A DNA stretch of 64,000 nucleotides, from NCBI RefSeq assembly GCF_046119375.1, contig NW_027362772.1, positions 151,528,001 to 151,592,000 on the forward strand, written 5' to 3'. The position numbers and the translations under genes are program-made. Source of the stretch: Phyllobates terribilis (lineage: Eukaryota). Under the pieces are notes generated by a model. That model was not told the DNA's origin and searched no databases. It worked only from the letters and a program-made list of their open reading frames with translations. Below, one piece after another: positions 1 to 12,628 of this stretch (the stretch's first letter is position 1; every line of letters starts with the position of its first letter).

Positions 1-329
1 TGTTGCATTGGTGCAACTGCACAGTGGCCCAAGTGGTAAGGGGACCACATCCAGCAGCTTCTGTCACAAAGAGGGTCCCGTATACTGCTGTTGCACAGGG
101 GCCCTCTTCTGCCCACATCTGACCTTACCTGCAAATATAGGTGAGAGATTTCATTGCTATAAAGTTATCCCCCCCACGGGTTAAAACAGTGCACACATTG
201 CTTTGGGTGGCTAAGATGGGGGACACAACACCTGTACCGCACAACTACAAGTCAAGTGTTGGACAGGAACACATTTCTTTTCAAAACATTTACACGATAC
301 AAAGGAAATGACTAAATATAATATGAAAA

Positions 330-550
330 AAATATAACTATAAATACAAATTCAATATAAAATATAATATACTAAAAATATAGCTATTATATGTACAATA
401 AAATATAAAAAAAAAGCATATATATACACACATACATATACACACACAATATAAATATATAATAGCTATAAAATACTAATAAATATAATAGATATATACT
501 TTATATACATTAGTATTTTATATTTTTTAGATATTTATAATAGCTATATT

Positions 551-634
<84 letters not shown>

Positions 635-806
635 ATATACAAATATAGCTATAAATACAATATAAAATATAGCTATTATAAATATCTAAAAAATATAAAA
701 TACTAAATAAATTATATATATAATTTATTTAGTATTTTATATTTTTTAGATATTTATAATAGCTATATTTTATATTGTATTTATAGCTATATTTGTATAT
801 TTATAT

Positions 807-889
<83 letters not shown>

Positions 890-1110
890 TATATCAATAT
901 ACAAATTACACACACCATAAATATACAAATATAATAGATCTGATATAAATACAATATAGCTATAATATATACAATAAAAAAATATAAAAATATAGATAGT
1001 ATAATATACAAATATAATATAGCTATAAATACAATAAATAAAATATAAATAATCATATAAAATAGCAATAACATAAACACAATATAAATGGTATAATAGA
1101 ATAGAACGAT
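330..1110. repeat. AT-rich low-complexity region with (TA)n and (CA)n microsatellites
   Basis: Long (TA)n runs at about 553-616 and 817-862 next to (CA)n/(TG)n; recurring ATATAGCTAT motifs. Confidence 0.95.
634..801. repeat. Perfect 168-bp AT-rich palindrome with no spacer
   Basis: 634-717 is the reverse complement of 718-801; the centre is TATATA. Confidence 0.9.
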
Positions 1111-1225
1111 ACAATGATATATGTGACTGGATTATTATAAGATATTACAACTCTTCAGTCAGGGGCAGTTTCCTCCAGCCTGAGCCCCGCAGTAGCAGAG
1201 CCCGCACACCTCGCCGTGCTCTCAC

Positions 1226-1670
1226 CTGTATGATACCGCACAGTGCCCGTACACGGCGCCCACACCCCGGGCCGCTCTTACCTTCTGGTGCCGGCTCAGC
1301 AGGGGGACACTCGGTTGTTTAATGAGGAACCATTCAATCAATCAGCAGAGGTAACAAGAACCCTGTCACAACAGCAGCCACCACCCCCCCCTTCCTCACT
1401 TCATGGGATGAGCCGCTTCCTAGTGACCTCATCAGCCCCGCCTCGCATTCTCAAAGCGGATTGGAAGATGCCTGGCGTCGCTCATTGGTGATTGGCTGGT
1501 TATCCATCACTCAACTTATGAGGGGCGGGAGGAATGGGTTGTGCGTAAAGCGTGCGGGATTAACCTTTTCAGGACCGCAGTCCAGTTCACTAAAGTGCGA
1601 AGTACACGCGGCTCGGGCTCTGCTGCTCGCACAGCTGCTGGGACAATAAAGTTTTATCACGTCCGCCATT
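1226..1670 (-). promoter_or_regulatory. Putative CpG-rich promoter and non-coding first exon of a - strand gene leaving the window
   Basis: Locally CpG-rich; ATTGG (CCAAT) boxes at about 1460-1495, GC box GGGGCGGG at about 1521, YY1-like CCGCCATT at 1663-1670. Minus-strand donors AAG|GTAAGA (exon end 1282) and CAG|GTGAGA (exon end 1226). Confidence 0.45.
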
Positions 1671-1789
1671 GATTTGGTGGAGTGGTCATGTGGATACTAA
1701 AGATGGGCGAATTTATTCCAGTGGGATTGAATAATGCTCAAATTTTTAAAAAAACTCATTAAGGGGAATACAGATTTTTTTTCTAATTC

Positions 1790-3500
1790 GCTTCCGGTTG
1801 CCCCCGCTGCTCCTTGTTCCTGTTGCCCCCGCTGCTCCTTGTTCCTGTTGCCCCCACTGCTCCTTGTTCCTGTTGTCCCCTCTGCTACTTGTTCCTGTTG
1901 CCCCCTCTGCTCCTTGTTCCGGCTGCCCCCTCTGCTCCTTGTTCCTGTTTCCCCCTCTGCTCCTTGTTCCTGTTTCCCCCTCTGCTCCTTGTTCCTGTTT
2001 CCCCCTCTGCTCCTGGTTCCTGTTTCCCCCTCTGCTCCTGGTTCCTGTTGCCCCCTCTGCTCCTGGTTCCTGTTGCCCCCTCTGCTCCTTGTTCTAGTTG
2101 CCCCCTCTGCTCCTTGTTCTAGTTGCCCCCGCTGCTCCTTGTTCCGGTTGCCCCCCACTGCTCATTGTTCTGGCTGCTCCTGGTTCCGGTCGCCCCGCTG
2201 CTCCTTGTTCCGGTTGCCCCCGCTGCTCCTTGTTCCGGTTGCCCCCGCTGCTCCTGGTTCCGGCTGCCCCCGTTCCGGCTGCCCCCCGCTGCTCCTGGTT
2301 CCGGCTGCCCCCACTGCTCCTTGTTCCTGTCGCCCCCTCTGCTCCTTGTTCTGGCTGCCCCCCTCTGCTCCTTGTTCTGGCTGCCCCCCGCTGCTCCTGG
2401 TTCCGGCTGCCCCCCGCTGCTCCTTGTTCCTGTCGCCCCCTCTGCTCCTTGTTCTGGCTGCCTCCGCTGCTCCTGGTTCCTGTAGTCCCCGCTGCTCCTG
2501 GTTCCGGTAGTCCCCGCTGCTCCTGGTTCCGGTAGTCCCCGCTGCTCCTGGTTCCGGTAGTCCCCGCTGCTCCTGGTTCCGGTAGTCCCCGCTGCTCCTG
2601 GTTCCGGTTGTCCCCGCTGCTCCTAGTTCTGGTTGCCCCCGCTGCTCCTAGTTCTGGTTGCCCCCGCTGCTCCTGGTTCCTGTTGCCCCCTCTGCTCCTG
2701 GTTCCTGTTGCCCCCTCTGCTCCTGGTTCCTGTTGCGCCCTCTGCTCCTGGTTCCTGTTGCCCCCTCTGCTCCTGGTTCCTGTTGCCCCCTCTGCTCCTT
2801 GTTCCTGTTGCCCCCTCTGCTCCTTGTTCCTGTTGCCCCCTCTGCTCCTTGTTCCTGTTGCCCCCTCTGCTCCTGGTTCCGGTTGTCCCCACTGTTCCTT
2901 GTTCCGGTTGCTCCCACTGCTCATTGTTCTGGCTGCTCCTGGTTCCGGTCGCCCCGCTGCTCCTTGATCTGGCTGCCCCTTGTTCCTGTTGTCCCCCCTA
3001 CTCCTTGTTCCGGTCGCCCCCCGCTGCTCCTTTATTCCGGTTGCGCTGCTGCTTCTTGTTCCAGTTGCCCCCTTGCTGCTCCTTGTTCCAGTTTCCCCCT
3101 TGCTGCTCCTTGTTCCAGTTGCCCCCTCTGCTCCTCCTTGTTCCTGTTGCCCCCTCTGCTCCTCTTTGTTCCTGTTGCCCCCTCTGCTCCTCTTTGTTCC
3201 TGTTGCCCCCCTCTGCTCCTCTTTGTTCCTGTTGCCCCCCTCTGCTCCTCTTTGTTCCTGTTGCCCCCCTCTGCTCCTCTTTGTTCCTGTTGCCCCCCTC
3301 TGCTTCTCTTTGTTCCTGTTGCCCCCCTCTGCTCCTCTTTGTTCCTGTTGCCCCCTCTGCTCCTCTTTGTTCCTGTTGCCCCCTCTGCTCCTCCTTGTTC
3401 CTGTTGCCCCCGCTGCTCTTTTATTCCGGTTGCCCCCCGCTGCTTCTTGTTCCGGTTGCCCCCTTGCTGTTCCTTGTTCCTGTTGCCCCCCCATTGCTCC
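1790..3500. repeat. C/T-rich minisatellite, ~25-nt unit (GTTCCTGTTGCCCCCTCTGCTCCTT), with 29-nt variants near 3140-3400
   Basis: Tandem units are directly visible; the overlapping stop-free ORFs on both strands come from the repeat. Confidence 0.95.
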
Positions 3501-4677
3501 TTGTTCGCTGTCACAGGGCCAAAGATGTAGCATGCAGAGGCACAGAGAACCAGACAAGGAGTGGCAAGGATGGCCGAAAAGGTCGTTTTGATTGCCACTT
3601 ATGTCTCTGGCCGGCCCCGCTGCTTCCTGCCCGCTGTCTGGTCCTCTGTCACACTGGCCCAGTGTTCAGTCTAGGCCAGGACTACTGGCCGCGAGCAGGT
3701 CCTGGAGGTCACTGCACGGGGTCCAGGGTCTACTCACAGCCGGAAGTCCTGGCCTAGAGTGAACACCGGACCACAACTTCTGGCCTCAGGTTCCGGGTCC
3801 AGGATCTGCTCACGGCTGGAAGCCATTGGCCCAAAGTGGACACCGGGCTAGAGATGTGACATGTCGGAGACATGGAGAACAGGGCCGCGAGAGGGGCCGG
3901 AAGGGCGAGGGTGAGTATAGGGTCTAGAGACAGAGCCCAGAGCATAAAAGACATTACATTTGCAGAGAATAACTGGAATTTCCCAGTAACCCAGTTTTCC
4001 ACTAGAAAACTCATCGTTTTTGACTTTCTCAAAAAAACAAAAACCTAAATATGCACTTACCCTAAGGGCTTGTTCACAAGCTGTATTTTTCAAGAGTAAA
4101 AAAAAAAGTACCATCAAAGTGAATGAAATTTCTGAAGTCTCATACGCATGATGCTTATTTTTTCCTTGCAAATTTTAACCATCAAAGTGTTTTTTTTTTC
4201 AAATCTGCAGCATTTCCATTCTTACAGCGTTTTTCACCCATTCAAATGAATGGAGGGAAAAAACACAAGCAAAAATGCATATAAAAAACATGCATCTTTC
4301 CTGCCCACACTCTGGTTTTTGGTGCAGAAAAATCTGCTGCAATTACTCATTTGCACAAAACCATATTCTGCTGATTTTCCATTTTGTGATTCACACTACA
4401 TATAGATTAGGGCCTTCACTGCATCTAATCAGTAGCTGCTGGCCGGTGGAGCAAGTGGAGGGAAAAATGAAACAAGACCAGAGTGAAAAATGTAAGAAGC
4501 CGGGAGGTCAGGAAATAAGAATAAGCAGAGAGAGAGGTTGGGCAGTCCAAAATATCAATCTGCTAGGACATTTATGGGTAAAAAAAAGTGAATTCTTGTA
4601 AAAGCACACCAGGATGGTAGGGTATCCAATAACTGGGGGGAACAAAAAAGGTCTTAAATGAATGTTTCGCCAACTTT

Positions 4678-4820
4678 AGTCCTCAGGGCCCCAACAGATC
4701 AGGATTTCCTTCATATTTCTCAGGGCAAGAGAACCTGCGGCAGCTTCTGATGCCTTGATAATAATTCCATCCCCGGTGCAAAACGAAGGAAATCCTGATG
4801 TGTTGGGGGCCTTGAGGACT
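4678..4820. mobile_element. Small MITE-like inverted repeat
   Basis: AGTCCTCAGGGCCCCAACAGATCAGGATTTCCTTC is mirrored by GAAGGAAATCCTGATGTGTTGGGGGCCTTGAGGACT. Confidence 0.6.
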
Positions 4821-5084
4821 GGGGCTTGGGAAACACTGACTTAAATTATTCGCCTTGCCCATTGGCCACCAAACCTGCCAGCTAATCAGCCCGAGGAATT
4901 GGCTAACTGTTTCAGATTTCTGTAGCTGAAAGGTAATGAGGTTTAGGTAAACCCCAGGTGGGCTAGGGGTCTTCCCTGGTGAGGTGGGGATAGGATTTAA
5001 ATACCCCCAAAAATGTCAGCTAGATGATCACTCAGACTGAAACCCTTATCACACTGGCCAGGGGGCATGCATGCTGCTCAACAT

Positions 5085-5965
5085 TATCCCCAACCGGTGC
5101 CACTATCCCCAACCGGTGCCACAATCCCCAACCAGTGCCATCATCCCCAACCAGAGCCATCATTCCCAACCAGTGCCACTATCTACAAGCCCCCAACCAA
5201 TGCCACTATCCCCAACCAGTGCCACTATCCCCAACCAGTGTCACCATCCCCACCCAGTGCCATCATCCCCAACCAGGGCCATCATTCCCAACCAGGGCCA
5301 CTATCCCCAACCAGTGCCATCATCCCCAACCGGGCCATCATTCCCAACCAGTGCCACCATCCCCAACCAATGCCACCATCCCCAACCAATGCCACCATCC
5401 CCAACCAGTGCCATCATCCCCCACCAAGGCCACCATCCCCAACCAGGGCCACTATCCCCAACCAGGGCCATCATCCCCAACCAGGGCCATCATCCCCAAC
5501 CAGGGCCATCATTCCCAACCAAGGCCACCATCTCCAACCAGGGCCACTATCCCCAACCAGTGCCATCACCCCCAACCAGTGCCCTCATCCCCAACCAGTG
5601 CCACCATCCCCAACCAGTGCCATTGTCCCCAACCAGTGGCACTATCCCAACTAGGGCCACCATGCCCAACCAGTGCCACCATGCCCAACCAGTGCCACTG
5701 TCCCCAACCAGTGCCATCGTCCCCAACCAGTGGCACCATCCCCAACCAGTGCCATCATCCCCAACCAGTGCCATCATCCCCAACCAGTGCCATCATCCCC
5801 AACCAGTGCCACTATCTCCAACCAGTGCCATCATCCTCAACCAGTGCCACTATCCTCAACCAGTGCCACCATCCTCAACCAGTGCCATCATCCCCAACCA
5901 GTGCCACTATCCTCAACCAGTGCCACCATCCTCAACCAGTGCCATCATCCCCAACCAGTGCCACC
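5085..5965. repeat. 19-nt minisatellite (CCCCAACCAGTGCCATCAT)
   Basis: Tandem units are directly visible; the array homogenises toward its 3' end. Confidence 0.95.
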
Positions 5966-6697
5966 GACGAGAACGAAGCAGCAGCGTGTGAGAAGGGACA
6001 GGTGAGATATGATATGGTAAGAGGGGGCTCTGCACCATTACAGATCATACCCTGATTCCCGGGAATTGCAGGTTACTCCTCTTTCTGTACCTGGTAAATT
6101 CTATAGAAAATCACTTTCAGGAACAAGGCTGCTCTCCTTGGACAGAAAAAAATGTGCAGAATTAAAAAAATAATGTAATAAATTCCCAATTTGTGTCATA
6201 ATTTATTCAAAGCCGGTCCTGTACTATTGTACACATCCCCTTAAAGCCAAATGTAGAAATGCGCAGTCATGAAAACCAGTGATACATTAAAAATGTATAG
6301 GATCAATAATTTCCATTTTCCGCTATTGTGTGTTTTTCATCAGGTGCAGAGGAAGACGCTGTCCGCAAATGACGCCATATTAAAGGGGTTGTCCAGCCAC
6401 TGCATACTGATCACCTCCATAGCGGCAGAAGGAGTTAACTGAGAATCTGTCAGCGAGCTCATTCTGAGACCAGCAGTATGTAACTCTGTTTTCTATCCTT
6501 TTCTCAGCTCCTCTCATCTGATTTATGAATTCACCAACCATATCAATATTGAATATCAAAAAGTCTATAAAAGCCCAAACAACTAAACACTTCTCCCTCC
6601 GCTGCCTCCTCTCCTCCCTGACCTCACACACCACAGACAGTCCGTACACCAAGCCTCATAGCCCAGAAAGCATTATGTGGCACTCGTTCCAACCATA

Positions 6698-6838
6698 AAA
6701 ATGGCGGACATTTCCCCATGTCTGGCGACAGACGTAGCAGAACGTATCATGGTCTGACGCTGGAAGATGACGTATAAGGGGCGTGGTTTACAATGCAATA
6801 TATAAATGACCGCAGCGTGCGCGGCCTCCCTTTTCCTC
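6698..6838 (+). promoter_or_regulatory. RPS9: RPS9 core promoter with YY1-like site, TATA box and TOP/TCT initiator
   Basis: AAAATGGCGG at 6698-6707; TATATAAA at 6799-6806; pyrimidine tract CCTCCCTTTTCCTC at 6825-6838, about 26 nt after the TATA start. This is typical of ribosomal-protein genes. Confidence 0.8.
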
Positions 6839-6849
6839 GGAGCTGCCTG
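6825..6849 (+). other. RPS9: RPS9 non-coding exon 1 (5' TOP); exact TSS uncertain
   Basis: TOP tract followed by donor CTG|GTGAGT at 6850; matching acceptor TTTTAACAG| at 7533. Confidence 0.75.
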
Positions 6850-7541
6850 GTGAGTCTGTACGTATAGTTGGAGGAGGGAAAGCGATAAAGCACCCGACCG
6901 CATAACTTCTACCACTTATCTGCCCGGATTTTTAATCGCTTCTCCCTTCTGAACGGGTCCGGGTGGTTAGGTTTTCTGGTTGTATCCGGCCGCGTGCTTT
7001 TTTTATTAGACCTCCATCTTGGAGCAGGCCTTTCTGCTGCTCGTATGTTGTGTTCTATCGGTCTGGGTCGTAATACAGCTCGTACTGCTTGCAGCCCTGC
7101 TCCCTTCTGCTCCTCATTTTAGCTGCTAGACTCCAGTGCAATTGCATGTTTAAAAAAAGTTCTCCATACCTGTCTCAGGTGGTGTAAGCTGCCCTCTAAT
7201 AAACCAGGGTGCAATGCACCATGCATACACCATCTGGTAGCACGCTGGTGGTTGTAATTTCCTGTGACCTCAGCAGGCTCAGTGCTTGCTGGGAGTTATG
7301 GTTTCACAACTGTTAACCCCTTTGTGTGCTCCAGAACTTGACAAGTTGCCCACCACTATACATTAACACCACTGGTTAGATGGCTTTTACACACATTAGG
7401 TTGGACTTTATAAAGTAATAATCACTATAACTGGCCAATTTCTGTTCACATCTGATCTAAAGGCCAGACTCCAGATAGCCATGTGTTTGTGTAGTATACA
7501 GTCAATGTTTCAGTTACTATCTTGTTTTAACAGGTGAATAG

Positions 7542-7649
<108 letters not shown>

Positions 7650-8120
7650 TAGTTAAAGGTTTGGGCTCCAAACGTGTACTGAAAGATCTCATCAGGGTGG
7701 ATGCACGTTTAGTGTTTGCAGTTCACTCGTCAGAGCTACAGCTGCTTAAAGGGAATCTGTCACCACATTTGACCTACCTAAACTATTAATATGGGCATTC
7801 AGGTTATAGACTGCTGAGTACGGCGATCCCTGTATGCCTCATATCAGATGTCTTGTTTATAAATCCTCTTTTATCACTTTTTGTAAATGACCTCTTCCAG
7901 GTTCTGGGGAGGATGTTGACTGGAAGATAACTCTGCCTCTAGAGCTTATTGTATGTGAAGGGGGAGTTATCAGTGAGACAAGTAACTAACAGAAATGAAA
8001 TTTGTCTTGCAAATATTTTTTTCAGCTGAGCTCTGCTGTATTGTAACAAAATTGCATCTATGAGGTGAGGTCAAAGACAGGAAGATATATATGGACACAC
8101 AATATTGTATACAAGATTAA

Positions 8121-9165
8121 CCCCTTCATGATGTATATAATTACGTCTTGCCATGTCCTCCCGATGCTGAGCCCACATCTTTCCTTTTACATGACTGCTG
8201 AATCAGTCCTTTAACAGCCGCAGGTGGATCGGAGCTCCACCTGCAGCTAACTAGTTAAATGTAACAGTGGGATTTAACACGCACCAGTCGCAAGCGCGTC
8301 ATATATCCTGACCCCTAAAACGTCTGTCACATGATCGGGGGTTGGCAATGGGTTATGAAAGCTGGGGTTCTGCAGAAGACCCTCTGTGCTTGTCATTATG
8401 ATCTTCCTGTGAATGCTGGCTTGTGGCCGGCGTTTGTGATTTCTGCTATACATAACGGCGATTGGACGATCGCAGTTTCAAGTGTCCGAGAGGACTAATA
8501 AAGTAAAATGTGTAAAGTTTTTAAAAACATGCAAAAATAAACAAGTTTAAATCACCCCCTTTTGCCCCATTGAAAATAAAAAAAATAAATACGTGGTATC
8601 GCTGAGTTCAGAAATGTCCAATCTATCAGAATATAAATAGTTAATCCGATCAGTAAACTGCAAAACGAGAATTATATTTTTTTGGTCACCGCAATATTGC
8701 AATAACGGGTGATCAAAACATCTTATCTACCCCAAAATGATCTATATAAAAACACCAGCTCAGGGCACAAAAAATAAGCACTCACCCAGATACCGAAAAA
8801 TAACTATCACATACTTTTTCATAAAAATTTCAGATTTTTTTTTCCACCACAAAATGAATTCTACATTTGGTCTGTGTAATCCTACTGACCTATAGAATCA
8901 TATTGCCAGGTCAGTTTTACCTTCTAGTGAACTTAAATGAAATCCCCAAAAGCAATTTTAGAATTGCACTATTTTGCAATTTTCTTGCTTTTGGTATTTT
9001 TTTCTTGTTTTCCAGTACTCTATATGGTAAAAACAATCGTGTTATGCAAAAGTAAAGCTTATCCTGCAAAAAAAAAACCCTCATATGACTGCTATTGACG
9101 GAAAGATAAGAGTTATGGCTCTTAGAAGAGGGGAAGGAAAAAAACTGAAAATGACCATGGCTTGA
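8121..9165. mobile_element. piggyBac-like non-autonomous element, truncated, in RPS9 intron 2
   Basis: TTAA (8117-8120) followed by CCCCTTCATGA. The other terminus was not found. A related internal fragment lies at about 26400-26720. Confidence 0.5.
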
Positions 9166-9318
9166 ACTGATAAATGAATATATATATCTTGATGCACACG
9201 CCTTGCACTAGGATGGCTAATCAAGAGTACCCAGTATGTCAGAGGCAGTTTGTAGGGCCCCCGTCCAGTGCAATACTGACATGAGACCTGCAAATGTATT
9301 CAATAGGTGACATTCTAA

Positions 9319-9555
<237 letters not shown>

Positions 9556-9716
9556 TGATCTTGGTATTGCAGCTTGTTTCTGCAATGTTAAGGCTGTGGG
9601 TTTGAGACCTGGGGAGACTCACAGAAAAAAAACATGAACCCTGCAGTCTTTGTAGAACGTTAATAAACCTGGCTTAAGGGGGTCAACAACTCATTGCTCT
9701 GAACATCCATTAATAA

Positions 9717-10067
<351 letters not shown>

Positions 10068-10437
10068 TAATTGTCTGCCAGTACTTGTGTTGTGTAACCT
10101 GCCTGTTATGTGAAGTGTGATTTTTGGTCTTGCCTAGCACATGGAACAGTCCTTGAAACAGTCCTTGGCTCAGCAAGGTCACTTTGGCTCTAGCCATACA
10201 CCTTGTGATCTGCTCGCAATCGTTGGTGTCCAACTGCTTCCCACACTTGGGCATGAAGCAATAATTTCAGCAAGGTCACTTTGGCTCTGGCCATACACCT
10301 TGTGAAGGGTCTTTATGCCTTCTGTCATCTGTAAATCCATATAGTACAGGTAATCCTTGATTCACTGGCTCAGTTACTGCACAGCAAATGAGGGGTTGCG
10401 CTGCTTAGACGATGATAGATGCTGATAATGTGGTTAA

Positions 10438-10635
<198 letters not shown>

Positions 10636-10670
10636 ACAGTAAAGCAGCTTCTGAAGATCTGGGAAGTTGT

Positions 10671-10691
10671 AATAAAAAGTTGTAAAATAAA
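10671..10691 (+). terminator. RPS9: RPS9 polyadenylation signals (two AATAAA)
   Basis: AATAAA at 10671-10676 and 10686-10691, followed by GT/T-rich sequence. Confidence 0.85.
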
Positions 10692-10777
10692 CGCTGTTGA
10701 ACATAACTGCGTATGTCGAGTGTTTTCTGTCAAAACTGATGAAAATGGCAATATGGCGCTACTGACTTCATATTTAA

Positions 10778-11157
10778 AGGGAAACTGTCGTCAGGTTTTT
10801 GCTATGTAAACTGAAGACTGCATGCTGTAGGGGTTAAAACACAGATTCCAGGGATGCTTCTCTTACCAGTCTCTGGTTTTGTTTTGGTGCCATAAGCCTG
10901 ACACAGCAGCAGAGCTTCCTGGTCTGGCAACAACCCCTCCTGTGATAAGCACCTCACGGTCTATGGACATTGTATATACAGAGCCTGGTGTGGGTGGGGC
11001 TAGCTTCCTCAGCTCTGCTGTATTGCTAAATCAAAAAGCTCTGATTATCAGAATGGCTGCACCTGGTAATCTAAGGGATACATCATTGGATTCGGGGTCT
11101 TTCCCTACTTCATGCTACTCTCAGATGAGGTAATAGAATCCTGCTGACATATTTCCT
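10778..11157. mobile_element. T2-family (Kolobok-type) MITE
   Basis: TTAA on both sides (10774-10777, 11158-11161); imperfect TIRs AGGGAAACTGTCGTCAGG and rc AGGAAATATGTCAGCAGG. Confidence 0.75.
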
Positions 11158-11221
11158 TTAAGAACTTTTCTTAAGTCCCCTTTAGGGGACTCAATCGCTT
11201 GTTCAGTATTTATTTTACTCA

Positions 11222-11376
11222 TAGCGCCATTAATTCCACAGCACTTTTCAGACATCACTGTCCCCATTAGGGCTCACAATCTACATTCCCTATCAGTATG
11301 TCTTGAATGTGGGAGGAAACTGGAGAACCCAGAGGAAACCTACCAAACACAGGGAGAACATACAAACTCCTTGCAG
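11222..11376 (-). mobile_element. V-SINE-like tRNA-derived SINE, 5'-truncated
   Basis: Shares GGGCTCACAATCTACATT...GGAGGAAAC...CAAACTCCTTGCAG with the copies at 25258 and 27190. Confidence 0.75.
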
Positions 11377-12628
11377 TATAAATAAAATGCTGCAACTGTA
11401 CTTCATAGGAGGTCAAACACTGTAGTAAGGGGCTTTTAGTATACCCCTGGCTGTAAATGTCAACCGATTGTGGGGTGGAATGATGGGATTAGGTGCATAG
11501 ATTCTTTTCTAGTTTAGCACTTAACTGGTGTCCTTGTAACTGCTGGTGGCATGTAGTCTGTACCCTGCCACCCATTCATGTTTGCCACAGTCATATGTGC
11601 TGTCACATAGTCTGGTTCATTTTCTCCAGTCTCAAGAACACAGCAAATGGATACCAGGACCCAAGGAAAGTCAGATAGTGTTGTAGAAGGATACTCAAGA
11701 GACTGAACATACTGTATGTAAGTCGTTGACGTAAAAATATTTATTGTTTCGAGTGTTTAGTGCTACTTCAGGCGTTCTTTGAAGCTCACCACCTGAAAGA
11801 TGTGTGTACATATTGGTCATGTTGAGTTTTATTACACATTTATTACAAATTGGTAATTTCAGGTGGTCTTGCAAGAACTAATTGTTAGCAATAGTTCTTT
11901 ACTCTTTACCTTGGTCCCCGCTCCACACCCTTCGTCTTGATACCTGTAAAACAGTTTTCAGATGGAGCCATTGACATCCATGAGGGAAACGGTTCAAATT
12001 ATGAAGCTCTGGTGTGAACTAAGCCAAATATGTGTCGTTTTACAGCTTTTTTTTGTGTTGGAGCTTTATTCCTTGGACAAATCTGCTCCAAATGCTGCAA
12101 GTTTTGGTCGTGCCTCAGAGTTGATCCCCGATAATATTTTTAATAAAATGGCACGGCAGACTAGTTTTTCTTATAGTTAAAACACATTTTTGTGTAGAAG
12201 GGACTAAAAATGCAATATTTCTAAAAATTAATACAACAACATTTACTTAATTCAACCTCTTGGGTTTCAGCTTCATATGTTCACTTTCTGTCTTGTCTTC
12301 TTGAATGTGACCCATAGGTGTCACTGCTGCAATTTCTTTTATGGAAGCTTTTCTAAGGTCTGGATGGCAGAATATTAGGACAGTTGGACATTATTTCTGA
12401 TATAAGAACTGATCTTATCGATCCATTGATAAAGATGAGCATTAAATAAAAGGTCCATATCTCTGGAACTGTGGCAGATAAAAATCCTAATTGGAATAAT
12501 CAGGGGAGCATTGGGAATAAAATAGAAAAAAAATTGAGAATTCCCCATAGGTGTTCAGTTGGGGTCAGATCAGGAGACATACTCTGGCCACAGAATCATT
12601 TTCACCATTTTCTTCAGATTGTCTTCAG

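Noticed and set aside
1697-3757. Long ORFs on both strands (up to 487 aa)
   Set aside because: They arise from a stop-free 25/29-nt minisatellite and are open in many frames at once, with no domain or splice structure.
5024-6055. 343-aa Pro/Gln/His-rich mucin-like ORF
   Set aside because: Translation of the 19-nt tandem repeat; all three frames are open.
6939-6972. Second pyrimidine tract as an alternative RPS9 TOP start
   Set aside because: No TATA at the right spacing and only a poor donor (TTAG|GTTTTC); the 6799/6825/6850 set fits much better.
10170-10310. H/ACA snoRNA formed by the twin hairpins in RPS9 intron 4
   Set aside because: No ANANNA hinge after hairpin 1 and no terminal ACA box after hairpin 2.
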